NCBI GenBank assembly: GCA_040260805.1
Contig: JBDQPD010000001.1
Coordinates: 4,802-68,801 of the forward strand
Source of the DNA: Myxococcota bacterium
GTDB taxonomy: Bacteria > Myxococcota > UBA4151
Length of the DNA: 64,000 nt
Direction: 5' to 3'
A program made the position numbers and the translations under genes. Under the pieces are notes generated by a model. It did not search any database. It had not been told where the DNA came from and saw nothing but the letters and a program-made list of their open reading frames with translations. Positions 45,606 to 56,426 of this stretch are shown in pieces; the first letter of the stretch is position 1; every line of letters starts with the position of its first letter.

Positions 45606-47069
45606 ATGGAACCCATTCGACAAGCTGCGGTCGTGGTGCCGGTTTGTGATCACAAAGCGCTGATTCTTGAGCGCGCTGGTCACCTGCGTTTTCAGCCCGG
45701 TTTTCATTCCTTTCCCGGTGGCTTGATCGACCCAAGTGATCATCAACTAAATTTCGAGGGTCCGGGGCCGGCTGCTGCGCGCTGCGCAGCGGTGCGAGAG
45801 CTGCTCGAAGAAACCGGTCTGACGGGACCGGGTTCGTTCGGTCAAGATCCTGATAAAGTTAGAGAAAAACTCCTTGATGGAGACACCTCAACGATCTCAG
45901 ATCTAATCCAAGGCGTTGACTGGAGCCGCTGGCGTTATTTGGGGGTTTGGACCACGCCTGAATACGCGAACATTCGCTTTGAGACGCACTTTTTTGCATG
46001 CCGTTTTGATCGCCATGAGGTGCCGAAACCTAACCTCGAAGTAGCGAAGGCTTGGTGGATCGATCAAGCCGAAGCGCATGCTCAGTGGAGCGCTGGGGAC
46101 TTACCCGCTTCGCCGCCGGTGCTCGCCGCTCTTGATGCGGCGATCAACCCGGTCGAGCCGTTTGATCGACCGGGTTCGGCGCGGGATCTGCTCAGCGCCG
46201 GAGGCGCATCACGTTATCTTCCATTGGTCACCCCGACCTTGCCGCCTGCGACCCACACCAATTGCTCCTTCGTGGGTGGTGACGGCTGTCTTTACGTTGT
46301 GGATCCGGCGCCGGTCGATCCGGACGAGCGCGAGCTGCTCTGGAGCACGATCGAGACCTTAGCCGAACAAGGCGAACAGCTCAGCGGTGTGATTCTGACT
46401 CACCTGCATCATGACCACCTCGGCGCGGCGTCTTGGTTAGCGGCGCGTGCTGATGTCCCCATTTTGGCGACCGCTCAAACCCAGCGTGACCTTCGCTTGG
46501 GTCTTGGCGCCGGGATCAGCGCTGGGGGAGGCGGCGCAGTGGGGCTACCCGAAGTGACTCAGCTACTCACTGAAGGCGACACCATACCAGGTGGTTGGTC
46601 GGTGATGCTGACGCCTGGCCACGCTAAAGGTCACCTGTGTTTATGGCACGCGCAGACTGGAACCTTGATCGCTGGTGATATGATCGCATCGGGTTCGACG
46701 ATCTTAGTCGAGCCTCAGCAAGGTGACCTTTCTGATTACCTAGCGAGCTTGGAGCGTTTAGCTGACTTGGATCCTCGCTTGATTGTTCCGGCGCATGGTC
46801 TGCCCATTGCCCAAGGGCGCATAGCCCTGGAGAAACTTCGAGATCATCGACTCGAGCGCGAGCGCAAAACGATGGCTGCCCTTCGAGCGCTTAATTCGGG
46901 GTTGATCGGTGAGTTGGTTGCCATCGCCTATGACGACACGCCCTCGTTTTTGTGGCCGCTTGCAGAGTTGAGTTTGCGAAGCCACCTCAACAAATTGGTC
47001 TGTGAAGGGCGCGCTTCTTTTGACGGCAAAGAGCGCTGGTCGGTTGACGAAAAGTGCGAATCAGAATAG
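45606..47069 (+). CDS. Fusion protein: N-terminal Nudix hydrolase domain + C-terminal metallo-beta-lactamase-fold hydrolase domain
   Basis: Nudix box GGLIDPSD...AAVRELLEETGL. MBL motif HLHHDHLGAASW with downstream His/Asp ligands (PGHAKGH, AHG). Confidence 0.7.
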   Translation: MEPIRQAAVVVPVCDHKALILERAGHLRFQPGFHSFPGGLIDPSDHQLNFEGPGPAAARCAAVRELLEETGLTGPGSFGQDPDKVREKLLDGDTSTISDLIQGVDWSRWRYLGVWTTPEYANIRFETHFFACRFDRHEVPKPNLEVAKAWWIDQAEAHAQWSAGDLPASPPVLAALDAAINPVEPFDRPGSARDLLSAGGASRYLPLVTPTLPPATHTNCSFVGGDGCLYVVDPAPVDPDERELLWSTIETLAEQGEQLSGVILTHLHHDHLGAASWLAARADVPILATAQTQRDLRLGLGAGISAGGGGAVGLPEVTQLLTEGDTIPGGWSVMLTPGHAKGHLCLWHAQTGTLIAGDMIASGSTILVEPQQGDLSDYLASLERLADLDPRLIVPAHGLPIAQGRIALEKLRDHRLERERKTMAALRALNSGLIGELVAIAYDDTPSFLWPLAELSLRSHLNKLVCEGRASFDGKERWSVDEKCESE

Positions 47070-47078
47070 CTGATTTGC

Positions 47079-47110
47079 CCGACCGTGCACCGGTCGGAAA
47101 AGTTTTTTTA
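47079..47110 (+). terminator. Rho-independent terminator after the Nudix-MBL gene
   Basis: CCGACCG-TGCAC-CGGTCGG stem-loop followed by AAAAGTTTTTTTA. Confidence 0.6.
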
Positions 47111-47112
47111 CC

Positions 47113-47868
47113 GTGACCATTATCGCTGCCATTCCTGCTCGTTTTGCCGCTGCCCGTTTGCCGGGTAAGCCGCTGCTCGACCTTGGCGGTCAACCGATCA
47201 TCGCTCATGTGGTCAAAGCGGCTCTAGCGACCCCAAGTATCGATCAGGTGATGGTGGCGACCGATCACCAAGGAATAGCTGATGCGGCGACCGCTGCCGG
47301 CGCTGATGTAGCGATGACCGATCCGGACTTACCCTCAGGCTCGGATCGAATAGGCGCCGCTTTGGCGGGGCTTGATTACGATCTAGCGCTCAACATTCAA
47401 GGCGATGAACCCGAGCTTGATCCAGCAGCGCTCGAGGCGCTCATCCATACGATGCGGTCGACCCCTCAAGCGCAGATCGGGACGCTGAGCGCGCCTCTAG
47501 GTACCGACCAGCTGCGAGACCCTCACGCGGTCAAGGTGGTCTGCGATCGGTACGGCTTTGCGTTGTATTTTAGCCGAGCAGCGCTCGGCGCGGATCGCGA
47601 GGCTTTGATTCAAGCGGATCCAAACCCGCGCAGCGCGGCGCGCCGGCATGTCGGTGTTTATGCCTATCGGCAGCACGCGCTCGAACAGTTTTTAGCCTGC
47701 GAGCCGTCGTCGCTTGAGCGTCTTGAGCGCCTCGAGCAGCTGCGAGCTCTCGAACTCGGTATGCGGATTGTTGTGGTTCCTGTGGACAAGGCTCCCCGAG
47801 GCATCGATACCCCAGAAGACTTATTGGCGGCTCGTCGTCGCTTTGGTGACCAAGAGGTAGACCCATGA
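47113..47868 (+). CDS. kdsB: 3-deoxy-manno-octulosonate cytidylyltransferase KdsB
   Basis: [20 protein letters not shown] matches the KdsB N-term (IIPARYASTRLPGKPL). GTG start. Confidence 0.85.
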   Translation: MTIIAAIPARFAAARLPGKPLLDLGGQPIIAHVVKAALATPSIDQVMVATDHQGIADAATAAGADVAMTDPDLPSGSDRIGAALAGLDYDLALNIQGDEPELDPAALEALIHTMRSTPQAQIGTLSAPLGTDQLRDPHAVKVVCDRYGFALYFSRAALGADREALIQADPNPRSAARRHVGVYAYRQHALEQFLACEPSSLERLERLEQLRALELGMRIVVVPVDKAPRGIDTPEDLLAARRRFGDQEVDP

Positions 47869-49478
47869 ACCGTTCCCCTAAGTACATCTTTTTTACCGGC
47901 GGTGTGGTTTCGTCGCTCGGTAAAGGGCTCGCCGCGGCGTCGACCGCAGCGCTGCTTGAAGCGCGCGGCCTGACCGTGACCAACATGAAGATGGATCCTT
48001 ATCTCAATGTCGACCCTGGCACCATGAGCCCTTACCAGCACGGTGAGGTTTTTGTGACCGATGATGGCGCCGAAACGGATCTGGATTTAGGTCATTATGA
48101 GCGCTTTACCCACAGCCGTTTGAGCCAAGCCAACAACATCACCAGTGGTCGCGTGTATTGGTCGGTGCTCGAGCGCGAGCGTCGCGGTGATTACCTCGGC
48201 AAGACCATCCAGGTGATTCCGCATATTACCGACGAAATTAAGCGCCGTATTCGGGACACCGCTCATCAAAGCGGCGCTGACATCTGCATCGTCGAGATCG
48301 GCGGAACGGTCGGTGATATTGAGAGCTTACCGTTCCTTGAAGCCATCCGTCAGATTCGCAACGAAGAGGGTCATCAAAATACAGCGCTTGTTCATCTCAC
48401 GCTGGTCCCCTTCATCGCCGCTGCGGGCGAGATGAAGACGAAACCGACGCAGCATTCGGTGAAAGAGCTGCTCAGCATCGGTCTAGGTTGCGACTTTTTA
48501 CTCTGTCGCTCGGAAGATGTTCTCGCTGAGGAGCTCAAACAAAAGATCTCTGCCTTTTGCAATGTACCACCACGAGCGGTGATCTCTGCTTATGATGTGC
48601 GCTGCATCTATGAGCTCCCCTTGGTGCTCAACGAACAAGGTCTCGACGCACAGATTTGTGATGCGCTGAATATTTGGACCGGAGCGCCTCGTTTGGAAGG
48701 GTGGCATTCGGTGGTTCGCCGCTACCTCGAGCCTAAGAATGGTGAGGTCACCATCGGCGTGGTGGGTAAGTATGTCGGCTTAGTTGAGAGCTATAAGAGC
48801 CTCAATGAGGCGCTCGCTCACGCCGGGATGCATCATGACGTTCGCTTGCGTATCGAATACCTGGACTCCGAAGAGATCGAGTCCGACGACGCACCGCTCA
48901 AAGCCGTCGATGGGGTGCTGGTCCCTGGGGGATTTGGTGAACGTGGTTCAGAGGGAAAGATCTCGGCGATCCGCTATGCGCGTGAGCAGAAGGTTCCGTA
49001 TTTTGGCATCTGCTTAGGTATGCAGCTCGCGGTGGTTGAACATGCGCGCCACTGCAGCGGCCTTGAAGGCGCCAACTCCATCGAGCTTGACCCTGACACG
49101 AAGCATCCGGTCATCAGCTTGATGGAGGCTCAAAAAGAGGAGGCGAACCTCGGGGGGACGATGCGGCTTGGCGCCTTTGATTGCCAGGTCACTCAAGGCA
49201 CTCGCACCGAGGCTGCGTATGACGAAGAGATGATCTCAGAGCGCCACCGCCACCGCTTCGAGTTTAATGACGCCTTTCGGACTCAGCTTGAAGAGACGGG
49301 CTTAGTGGTCGCGGGTATTCATCAAGATAGCGGCTTGGTCGAGGTGGTAGAGCGCGCCGATCATCCTTGGTTTGTCGGTTGCCAATTCCACCCAGAGTTC
49401 AAGTCGAGACCCGGCGAACCTCATCCTTTGTTTCGTGATTTTATCGCCGCCTCGATGAGCGCTCGGAGCGCTCAATGA
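47865..49478 (+). CDS. pyrG: CTP synthase PyrG
   Basis: N-term [16 protein letters not shown]. GATase domain with GICLGMQ and HPEF motifs. 537 aa. Confidence 0.95.
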   Translation: MNRSPKYIFFTGGVVSSLGKGLAAASTAALLEARGLTVTNMKMDPYLNVDPGTMSPYQHGEVFVTDDGAETDLDLGHYERFTHSRLSQANNITSGRVYWSVLERERRGDYLGKTIQVIPHITDEIKRRIRDTAHQSGADICIVEIGGTVGDIESLPFLEAIRQIRNEEGHQNTALVHLTLVPFIAAAGEMKTKPTQHSVKELLSIGLGCDFLLCRSEDVLAEELKQKISAFCNVPPRAVISAYDVRCIYELPLVLNEQGLDAQICDALNIWTGAPRLEGWHSVVRRYLEPKNGEVTIGVVGKYVGLVESYKSLNEALAHAGMHHDVRLRIEYLDSEEIESDDAPLKAVDGVLVPGGFGERGSEGKISAIRYAREQKVPYFGICLGMQLAVVEHARHCSGLEGANSIELDPDTKHPVISLMEAQKEEANLGGTMRLGAFDCQVTQGTRTEAAYDEEMISERHRHRFEFNDAFRTQLEETGLVVAGIHQDSGLVEVVERADHPWFVGCQFHPEFKSRPGEPHPLFRDFIAASMSARSAQ

Positions 49479-50287
49479 GCGCCGCAGTTCAGGTCGGTCC
49501 CTACTCGGTCGGCGACGGCGCGCCCTACCTGTTGATGGCGGGTAATTGCGTGGTTGAGGATCTAGAGACGGCACGCCGCACGGCGGAGGTGCTGCTCAAG
49601 GAAACAGCGAACAGGCCGTTCAACCCCGTGTTTAAGGCGAGTTTTGATAAAGCAAACCGTACCCGCAGTGACTCTCACCGTGGTCCGGGTATGGACGCCG
49701 GGCTTGAGGTGCTCGCCAAGATAAAAGCTGAGACAGGGCTGCCCTTAGTGACCGATGTGCATCTTCCTGGTCACTGTAAACCCGTAGCAGAGGTTGTTGA
49801 TATTCTGCAGATCCCAGCATTTTTATGCCGTCAGACGGACCTGCTTGAAGCGGCCGCTGCGACCGGCAAAACGGTCAACATCAAAAAGGGTCAGTTTGTC
49901 AGCCCCGAGGCGATGCAGCACGCGGTCACAAAGATTCATGAAATGAACAACCCAAGCGCCTTGTTAACCGAGCGAGGAAGCTCATTTGGTTATGGTGATT
50001 TGATTGTCGACTATCGAGGTTTTGCGACCATGAGAGATTGTGCCCCTCTGATCTTCGATGCGACGCATTCTGCGCAAAAGCCAGCGGGTAGCGGCGGGGT
50101 GACCGGCGGCGATAGGCGCCTGGCCTTACCTTTAGCGCGAGCCGCCGCGGCGGTTGGAGTGGATGGTTTGTTCATGGAGATCCATCCCGACCCCAACCAA
50201 GCCCTTTCCGACGCCGCCAACAGCTTAGATTTTGATTTGTTTAGAAGGTTGTTAAACGAGGTTGAACGATTGCGATATGAATCATGA
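49475..50287 (+). CDS. kdsA: 2-dehydro-3-deoxyphosphooctonate aldolase KdsA
   Basis: DAHP/KDO8P synthase family pattern ([24 protein letters not shown]). Confidence 0.9.
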   Translation: MSAAVQVGPYSVGDGAPYLLMAGNCVVEDLETARRTAEVLLKETANRPFNPVFKASFDKANRTRSDSHRGPGMDAGLEVLAKIKAETGLPLVTDVHLPGHCKPVAEVVDILQIPAFLCRQTDLLEAAAATGKTVNIKKGQFVSPEAMQHAVTKIHEMNNPSALLTERGSSFGYGDLIVDYRGFATMRDCAPLIFDATHSAQKPAGSGGVTGGDRRLALPLARAAAAVGVDGLFMEIHPDPNQALSDAANSLDFDLFRRLLNEVERLRYES

Positions 50288-50775
50288 ACACGCTCCCTTG
50301 GTCGCGCATCAAACTCTTGGTCTTGGATGTTGATGGTGTCTTGACCGATGGTGGTCTTTGGGTTGCTGCGGATGGCTCGGTCACCAAGAGGTTCTTTGTT
50401 CGAGATGGTTCGGGAATCGTTCGTCTGCAGCGAGTCGGTATTCCCGTGTGCTGGTTGACCGGCCGCGCCGACCCTGCTGTGGCTCGACGCGCAGAGGAGC
50501 TAAAGATCGCTCGTCTGATCGCTGGAAGTCACGACAAAGCGGATGCGCTTCACAGCCTGAGCCTGGGTATGGGCGTTTCTTTGGACGAGATTGCTTATGT
50601 GGGCGATGATCTGCTCGACCTGCCGGCAATTCGGTTGGCCGGTTTATCGGTTGCTCCTTGTGACGCTTCAGCCGAGGTCCGGGACGAAGTCGACTGGGTC
50701 TCGGATATTGCGGGCGGACAAGGCGTGGTACGCTGGGTCTGTGATCGTCTCATCGCCGAGCAAAAGGAAGATTAG
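50284..50775 (+). CDS. kdsC: KDO 8-phosphate phosphatase KdsC (HAD IIIa)
   Basis: LVLDVDGVLTDGGLWV and VGDDLLDLP motifs. Confidence 0.8.
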   Translation: MNTLPWSRIKLLVLDVDGVLTDGGLWVAADGSVTKRFFVRDGSGIVRLQRVGIPVCWLTGRADPAVARRAEELKIARLIAGSHDKADALHSLSLGMGVSLDEIAYVGDDLLDLPAIRLAGLSVAPCDASAEVRDEVDWVSDIAGGQGVVRWVCDRLIAEQKED

Positions 50776-50778
50776 ATC

Positions 50779-51207
50779 GTGTTTTTGGCAACGCTCTTAC
50801 TGCTGGCAGCACCGACAAAAGCGGACAATGAGGTCCACTTTCAGGCGGATAATTGCAGCTATGGTCGAGCGATGTCTGAAGCCGTTTGTAGTGGTCGTGT
50901 GCAGGTTCGCCGCGGCGATGCTCGGCTACGTTGTCGCAGTTTGACGGTTCGATTCGGCGATGACGGCCGCATTGATCAGCTGGACTGCGTGGGCGCGGTC
51001 AAGTTTCGTCGGGGTGAGGTTGAAGAAGCCACCAGTGAGCGAGCGGCTTATACCCGTAACGACGCTAAAGTTGTTCTGCAGGGCGAAGCCAAGCTTCGGC
51101 GTGGGCGCGCCCGACTCGCTGGAGACCGTGTGATCTTCTTGCTCGATCAAGATAAGGTACGTGTTGAAGGTCAAGCGCGTGGTCACTTCGATAACGAGGC
51201 GCGTTAG
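50779..51207 (+). CDS. lptA: LPS transport periplasmic protein, LptA/OstA-N-like
   Basis: Short signal peptide then OstA-like beta-jellyroll pattern. Position between kdsC and lptB. No separate lptC seen. Confidence 0.55.
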   Translation: MFLATLLLLAAPTKADNEVHFQADNCSYGRAMSEAVCSGRVQVRRGDARLRCRSLTVRFGDDGRIDQLDCVGAVKFRRGEVEEATSERAAYTRNDAKVVLQGEAKLRRGRARLAGDRVIFLLDQDKVRVEGQARGHFDNEAR

Positions 51208-51929
51208 TGGCTGCATTGCTTGAGGCGCGTGGCTTGGTTCGGCACTTTGGCGAGCGCCGAGTGGTTGATGAGGTCAGCTTGAGTTTGGACTCAGGTCAGG
51301 TTTTGGGTTTGCTGGGACCCAATGGCGCCGGAAAGACGACGACTTTTCGAATGATCGCCGGGTTGCTCAAGCCCGACCGCGGGAGCGTTTTCATCGATGG
51401 AGAGGATGTCACTAAGCTTCCTTTGTATCGACGCGCCGGGCGGGGTCTGGGTTATCTCGCTCAGCGCGGCGGATTGTTTCCAGGGTTGGATGTGCGCGCT
51501 AATTTGATGGTAGCCGGCGAGATCGCAGGCTTAGCTCCGCCGGACGCCCGCGCTCGAGCGGACGAGCTGATCGAGCGTCTAAGCCTTGGTCATGTCTCTG
51601 ATGGTCGAGAGCAGACGCTCAGTGGCGGTGAGCGGCGTCGCGCAGAGATCGCTCGAGCGTTGATGGTTCGCCCGCGGATGCTCTTGTTTGATGAGCCCTT
51701 CGCTGGCGTTGACCCCATGGCGGTGAGTTCGCTTCAGGATGAGATGCGTGCGCTGGCGGATACTGGCTTATCGATTTTGATTACGGATCACGCTGTGGCC
51801 GCTACTTTTTCTATTTGTGATCAAGTCGCTGTGCTGAACGAGGGGCGAGTGTTGGTGTCGGGTCCACCGGCTAAAGTTGAAGCTGACCCACGGGTTCGAG
51901 CGACTTACTTGGGGCCGCCAAGCGCTTAG
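51207..51929 (+). CDS. lptB: LPS export ABC transporter ATP-binding protein LptB
   Basis: Walker A GPNGAGKTT, signature LSGGERRR, Walker B LLFDEP. Immediately upstream of rpoN. Confidence 0.9.
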   Translation: MAALLEARGLVRHFGERRVVDEVSLSLDSGQVLGLLGPNGAGKTTTFRMIAGLLKPDRGSVFIDGEDVTKLPLYRRAGRGLGYLAQRGGLFPGLDVRANLMVAGEIAGLAPPDARARADELIERLSLGHVSDGREQTLSGGERRRAEIARALMVRPRMLLFDEPFAGVDPMAVSSLQDEMRALADTGLSILITDHAVAATFSICDQVAVLNEGRVLVSGPPAKVEADPRVRATYLGPPSA

Positions 51930-52003
51930 GCAGAACGCCTCGTTCAGCGGCGGCCCCTTGCGTCGCAGCGCCGACCGCACCACACTCCGTCTAGGAGTAC
52001 CGG

Positions 52004-53485
52004 TTGTTCCCGTCCCTACAACACAATTTAAAGATCACCACGCAGCTGCGCATGACGCCGCAACTGCAGCAGGCGGTTAAGCTGCTGCAGTACAACCGTG
52101 CTGAGCTGGTTGAGTTCATCAATTCGGAAATGCTTGAAAATCCGACGTTAGAGGAAAAGCCACCAGAAGACCGATCCACCGAGACCAGTGACGGACAGAC
52201 CTTCAGCCAAAGCGCTGAAGCGGAGCAAGCGCATTCGGCGACAGCGCAAAGCGCCGAGCACGCGAGCGACAGTGAGGCCGTTCACAACACTCAAATCGAC
52301 TGGAACCGAGTCGATATGAACGACACGATCCACCGGTTCCAAGGCGTTCGGCCTGCCGACGACTTGCCTGGTTACGATCAAACGCTGACGCGCTCAGAGA
52401 CATTGACCGAGCACCTGATCTGGCAGCTGCGCATGCTCCGCCTTGAGCGACCCGTCCTCGAAGTCGCCGTCGAGTTGGTCCACAACCTCGATGAGAAAGG
52501 CTGGTTTTCTGAGGGCTTAGATGGCTGGAAGGCCTATGTGAGCAATTCGGACCACCCGGCAAAAACGCTTGAGCGTGCTCGTCAAGAGCTTCTAGAGCTC
52601 GACCCGATTGGTGTGGGCGCTTTGGATTTGAAAGAGTGCCTTCTCGTTCAACTCCGGGCGCTGAACTTAGACAATAGCCACGCTTATTTGTTGGTTGATC
52701 AGCATCTTGAATCACTCGGCAGCCGCGATCTTCGTCAGGTCTCCAAACAGGTCGGAATCACCGTCGAAGAACTCGAAGAAGCGAAAGTGGCAATTGGCTG
52801 TTTAGAGCCCCGCCCAGGGCGAGCGTTCATGAGCGATGATCTAGAGCGCAACCCTTTCGTGACGCCCGATGTGCGTATCTACAAAGAGGCTGATGAGTGG
52901 GTTGTCTACCTCAATGAGGACGGCATGCCGCGCCTAAGGGTGTCTCGATTTTATCAAAAAGCGTATGAACGAGGGGGACTGACCAAAGAAGAGCGGGCTT
53001 ATGTGATCGAGCGCTTACGTCGCGCCGAGTGGGTCACTAAATGTATCTTCCAGCGCCAAACAACGATCCGACGAGTCTGTGAAAGCATTCTTAGATTCCA
53101 ACATGAATTTTTTGAGCGCGGACCCAAACATCTCAAACCCTTGGTCTTGCGCGATGTCGCTGAAGACATCGGCGCCCATGAGTCGACGGTTTCTCGAGTG
53201 ACGTCGAATAAGTACGCCGAAACGCCCCAAGGCTTGCTGCCGCTCAAGTATTTCTTCTCAGCTCGTCTTGCCAGCAGTTCAGGTGCCGGTGATGTTAGCG
53301 CAGAGGCTGTAAGGCAGCGTATCGCTGGAATGATTAAGACTGAAGAAGCGTCCAAACCCTTTAGTGACGCTCAAATTGTGAGGCTGCTCAAAGCAGAGGG
53401 CATTGAAATCGCCCGACGCACGGTGGCTAAATACCGTGAACAGTTGTTGATCCCCGCTGCGGGGAAAAGGCGGGTGAGACGCTGA
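52004..53485 (+). CDS. rpoN: RNA polymerase sigma-54 factor RpoN
   Basis: N-term LKITTQLRMTPQLQQAVKLLQ. HTH and RpoN box ARRTVAKYRE. TTG start with AGGAG RBS. Confidence 0.95.
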   Translation: MFPSLQHNLKITTQLRMTPQLQQAVKLLQYNRAELVEFINSEMLENPTLEEKPPEDRSTETSDGQTFSQSAEAEQAHSATAQSAEHASDSEAVHNTQIDWNRVDMNDTIHRFQGVRPADDLPGYDQTLTRSETLTEHLIWQLRMLRLERPVLEVAVELVHNLDEKGWFSEGLDGWKAYVSNSDHPAKTLERARQELLELDPIGVGALDLKECLLVQLRALNLDNSHAYLLVDQHLESLGSRDLRQVSKQVGITVEELEEAKVAIGCLEPRPGRAFMSDDLERNPFVTPDVRIYKEADEWVVYLNEDGMPRLRVSRFYQKAYERGGLTKEERAYVIERLRRAEWVTKCIFQRQTTIRRVCESILRFQHEFFERGPKHLKPLVLRDVAEDIGAHESTVSRVTSNKYAETPQGLLPLKYFFSARLASSSGAGDVSAEAVRQRIAGMIKTEEASKPFSDAQIVRLLKAEGIEIARRTVAKYREQLLIPAAGKRRVRR

Positions 53486-53507
53486 GCACAATGAAAAGGA
53501 GAGGTAG

Positions 53508-54068
53508 ATGGAAGTAGCGGTGACCTTTAGGCATATGGAACCCACGGATGCGCTCAAGCAATACGTGGACGAGAAGGTAAGCAAGATTGCTCGACACTTT
53601 GTCAAAGAAAGCGATGCACGAGTCGTCTTGAGCGTAGAGCGCCATCATCACCATGCGGACATTCGATTAAAGTCGGGTGGAGTGGCGATGCGTGGCCATG
53701 AAACCTCGACGGATATGTACAACTCGATCGATCGCGCGGTGTCTAAGATTGAGCGCCAGCTCAGCCGCTACCAGGGTAAGCTCAGACGCTTTAATCAGCC
53801 AAAGCCTGTAGCAACCGTTCAGCTCCATACGCTCGAACTTGAAGAGGAAACCACCCAGGCACCCGAGCCTGCCACTAAGTTGGTTCGCTCTCGCAGCTTT
53901 GATGCGCACCCGCTGAGTATCGATGAGGCGATGATGCAGATCGATCTCTTGGACAACGCATTTCTCGTGTTCGTGAACGCAGAAACTTCGCACATCAACG
54001 TCCTGTATCGTCTCGAGTCTGACGAGGGCTTTGGCTTAGTGGATACCGGGAGCGCGATCGGAAGCTAG
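53508..54068 (+). CDS. hpf: Ribosome hibernation promoting factor HPF (long form)
   Basis: MEVAVTFRHMEPTDALKQYV... is the sigma-54 modulation protein family. C-terminal dimerisation extension. Confidence 0.9.
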   Translation: MEVAVTFRHMEPTDALKQYVDEKVSKIARHFVKESDARVVLSVERHHHHADIRLKSGGVAMRGHETSTDMYNSIDRAVSKIERQLSRYQGKLRRFNQPKPVATVQLHTLELEEETTQAPEPATKLVRSRSFDAHPLSIDEAMMQIDLLDNAFLVFVNAETSHINVLYRLESDEGFGLVDTGSAIGS

Positions 54069-54091
54069 GTGCGATTGATCGTTAGGGCGGT

Positions 54092-54547
54092 GTGAAGACT
54101 GTGAAAAATCGCTCCGGCCTTGTTCTTCAGGCGATAGACCTCAACGTGGCTGCGACGAGCCATGTAGAGGTCCTTCGGCGTTTGGGGGCGATGGCAGCAG
54201 AATGTTCTCCGAGTTTGGAGCCGGGGGTCGTCACTGCATCGTTGCTGGCTCGTGAGCGCCTCGGGAGCACGATGTTGATTCCTGGCGTAGCGCTTCCGCA
54301 CGCCCGGCTTGCCGAGCTAGATACCGCGGTGGTCTGTGCTGCGCGTCTGACCGATGACGTGACTGTAGATGATGGCCGGTTGAGCCTAGCGATCTGTATT
54401 TTGGTACCCGAAGACGATCGAGAGCTTCACCTTGACTTGTTGGGGCATTGGGCTTCTTTACTGCGCAAGCGGGATCGTGTGAGTGGTCTGCTCAGCGCGT
54501 CCAATAACGAGCGCTTTCTAGCGCTTGCGGAAGAGGTTTCATGCTGA
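54092..54547 (+). CDS. ptsN: PTS EIIA-Ntr (nitrogen-regulatory IIA, PtsN)
   Basis: Fructose/mannitol-type EIIA fold with IPGVALPHAR phospho-His context. Position rpoN-hpf-ptsN. Confidence 0.75.
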   Translation: MKTVKNRSGLVLQAIDLNVAATSHVEVLRRLGAMAAECSPSLEPGVVTASLLARERLGSTMLIPGVALPHARLAELDTAVVCAARLTDDVTVDDGRLSLAICILVPEDDRELHLDLLGHWASLLRKRDRVSGLLSASNNERFLALAEEVSC

Positions 54548-55506
54548 CCTTGACGGTCGAAGAACTACTGGATCGCCGAGGCACCTTTCTAGACCTTCGT
54601 TTACTGGCTGGGCGCTCTGGACTCGAGCGTCAGATCACCGCGCCGCGCGTCCAAAAGCAGGGGTTGGTGCTGGTCGGTGTGGTCAACGCTTTGCGCGCCG
54701 GTCGAATTCAGGTGCTCGGTCAAACCGAACTCGATTTTATGGCGGACATGTCATCCGACGCCCTTGAGATAGCGTGCGAGGCGCTCGCGTCGAGCCAGGC
54801 TGCTGCTTTGTTGATCACTAACGGCTTTCCCTGCCCCGCCCCGCTGATGAAGCGCTGTGAGGCGCACAGCATGACCGTCTTGGGTTCTAGGCAGCCCTCC
54901 AGTGATGCGATCTATGCGATCCAAGAGCGGATGGCGGAAGCGCTCGCTCCGAGAACCAGCATTCATGGGGTGCTCATTGATATCTTAGGTCAGGGCGTTT
55001 TGCTTTTGGGCAAGTCGGGCATCGGCAAGTCAGAATGTGCCCTGAGCCTTTTGGCGCGCGGGCATCGCCTCATCGCCGACGATGTCGTTGAGATTATCCA
55101 AGAGGGAACCTCGTTGGTGGGTCGAGGCGTCGAAATGATGCGCCACCTCTTAGAGATTCGTGGGTTGGGTATCGTCGATGTGAAGGAGCTTTATGGAGTC
55201 GGCGCCGTTCGCAACTTAAAAAGAGTGGACATGGTCGTTGAGTTGGCGGCGTGGCGCGAGGGGATGCAGGTCGATCGGTTAGGGCTTGATGAACAGTATT
55301 ACACCCTACTTAAGATTGAGCTTCCCTATGTCGTCATTCCGGTTCGTCCGGGGCGTGACCTTGCGACGATGATTGAGGTTGCGGCTCGAAACCAGTTGCT
55401 ACGAGCAGGACAAATTAACAGCTCTCAAGATTTCTCGCGACGATTGAGCCGACAAGTGGAGCGCAACTTTTTGAGCGCTCAAGCGAGCAAAGAAGGCGGC
55501 GAGTAA
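54541..55506 (+). CDS. hprK: HPr kinase/phosphorylase HprK
   Basis: P-loop LLGKSGIGKSECAL. HprK C-domain pattern. Confidence 0.9.
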   Translation: MLTLTVEELLDRRGTFLDLRLLAGRSGLERQITAPRVQKQGLVLVGVVNALRAGRIQVLGQTELDFMADMSSDALEIACEALASSQAAALLITNGFPCPAPLMKRCEAHSMTVLGSRQPSSDAIYAIQERMAEALAPRTSIHGVLIDILGQGVLLLGKSGIGKSECALSLLARGHRLIADDVVEIIQEGTSLVGRGVEMMRHLLEIRGLGIVDVKELYGVGAVRNLKRVDMVVELAAWREGMQVDRLGLDEQYYTLLKIELPYVVIPVRPGRDLATMIEVAARNQLLRAGQINSSQDFSRRLSRQVERNFLSAQASKEGGE

Positions 55507-56351
55507 TGAACCGAGTCATTGTGCTGGCGGGCCTCTCGGGCTCAGGTAAATCAACCGCTTTGAACGTGCTCGAGGACCTAGGCTATGCGGTGGTCCAGAA
55601 TTTACCTGCGGAATTGGGCGAAGCCTGGCTTGAATGGGCTCGGCGCGAATTTCCTGATCGATCCTTAGCGATTGGACTGCATTTACCGAGCACGCCGCAA
55701 GCCTTTCCCTCGTGGGTTCGAGAGCATCGCGCTTTGGCGGTCTGTCTTGAGGCGAACGACCAGGTGCTTGTTCGGCGGTTTTCAGAGACGAGACGTCGCC
55801 ACCCTTGGTCCACCAATTGGGAGACCTTGGTGGAAACGCTAGCGCACGAGCGGTCGTGCCTGGAGCCTTACCGCGAGCACTGCGATCATCATGTCGACAC
55901 AACGTCGATGCGCGCCTCGGAGCTGCGCGAATTTTTTCTTGAGACCTTTGCGGTCGGCGAACACCGAGTTCAACTTAACGTCGTGACCTTTGGCTTTAAG
56001 CGTGGGGTTCCTCCTTATGTTGATCTGTGTGTCGATGTTCGATTTTTGCCGAACCCTTATTGGGATCTAGCGCTTCGTCCGTTGACCGGTCACGACCAAG
56101 CCGTAGCCGATACGGTGTTAGCGAACCCACAAGCCAAGCGATGGCTTGGAGAGCAGATTGACTCGGTTCACTGGCAATACGAGGCGTTTGTGAAGGCAGG
56201 AAAGAGCTACCTCACGATCGGGGTAGGTTGCACCGGAGGGCGCCATCGTTCGGTGGCGATGGCCTTGGCTTTGGCGGATGGTTTGCGTCAGCGTGGCTTG
56301 GCTGTGAACCTGCGTCATCGAGAAACCCCAGCACCGCAAACCTCTGACTAA
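55506..56351 (+). CDS. rapZ: RNase adapter protein RapZ (YvcJ/YhbJ family)
   Basis: N-term VIVLAGLSGSGKSTALNVLEDLGY Walker A. Conserved C-terminal domain. Confidence 0.9.
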   Translation: MNRVIVLAGLSGSGKSTALNVLEDLGYAVVQNLPAELGEAWLEWARREFPDRSLAIGLHLPSTPQAFPSWVREHRALAVCLEANDQVLVRRFSETRRRHPWSTNWETLVETLAHERSCLEPYREHCDHHVDTTSMRASELREFFLETFAVGEHRVQLNVVTFGFKRGVPPYVDLCVDVRFLPNPYWDLALRPLTGHDQAVADTVLANPQAKRWLGEQIDSVHWQYEAFVKAGKSYLTIGVGCTGGRHRSVAMALALADGLRQRGLAVNLRHRETPAPQTSD

Positions 56352-56426
56352 CCGGTGACAATAAAACCGAAAAATAGCCTATTTCAAGCGCTGTAAGCCT
56401 ATGGTAGGCGCCCGCTGTTCGAGGGG

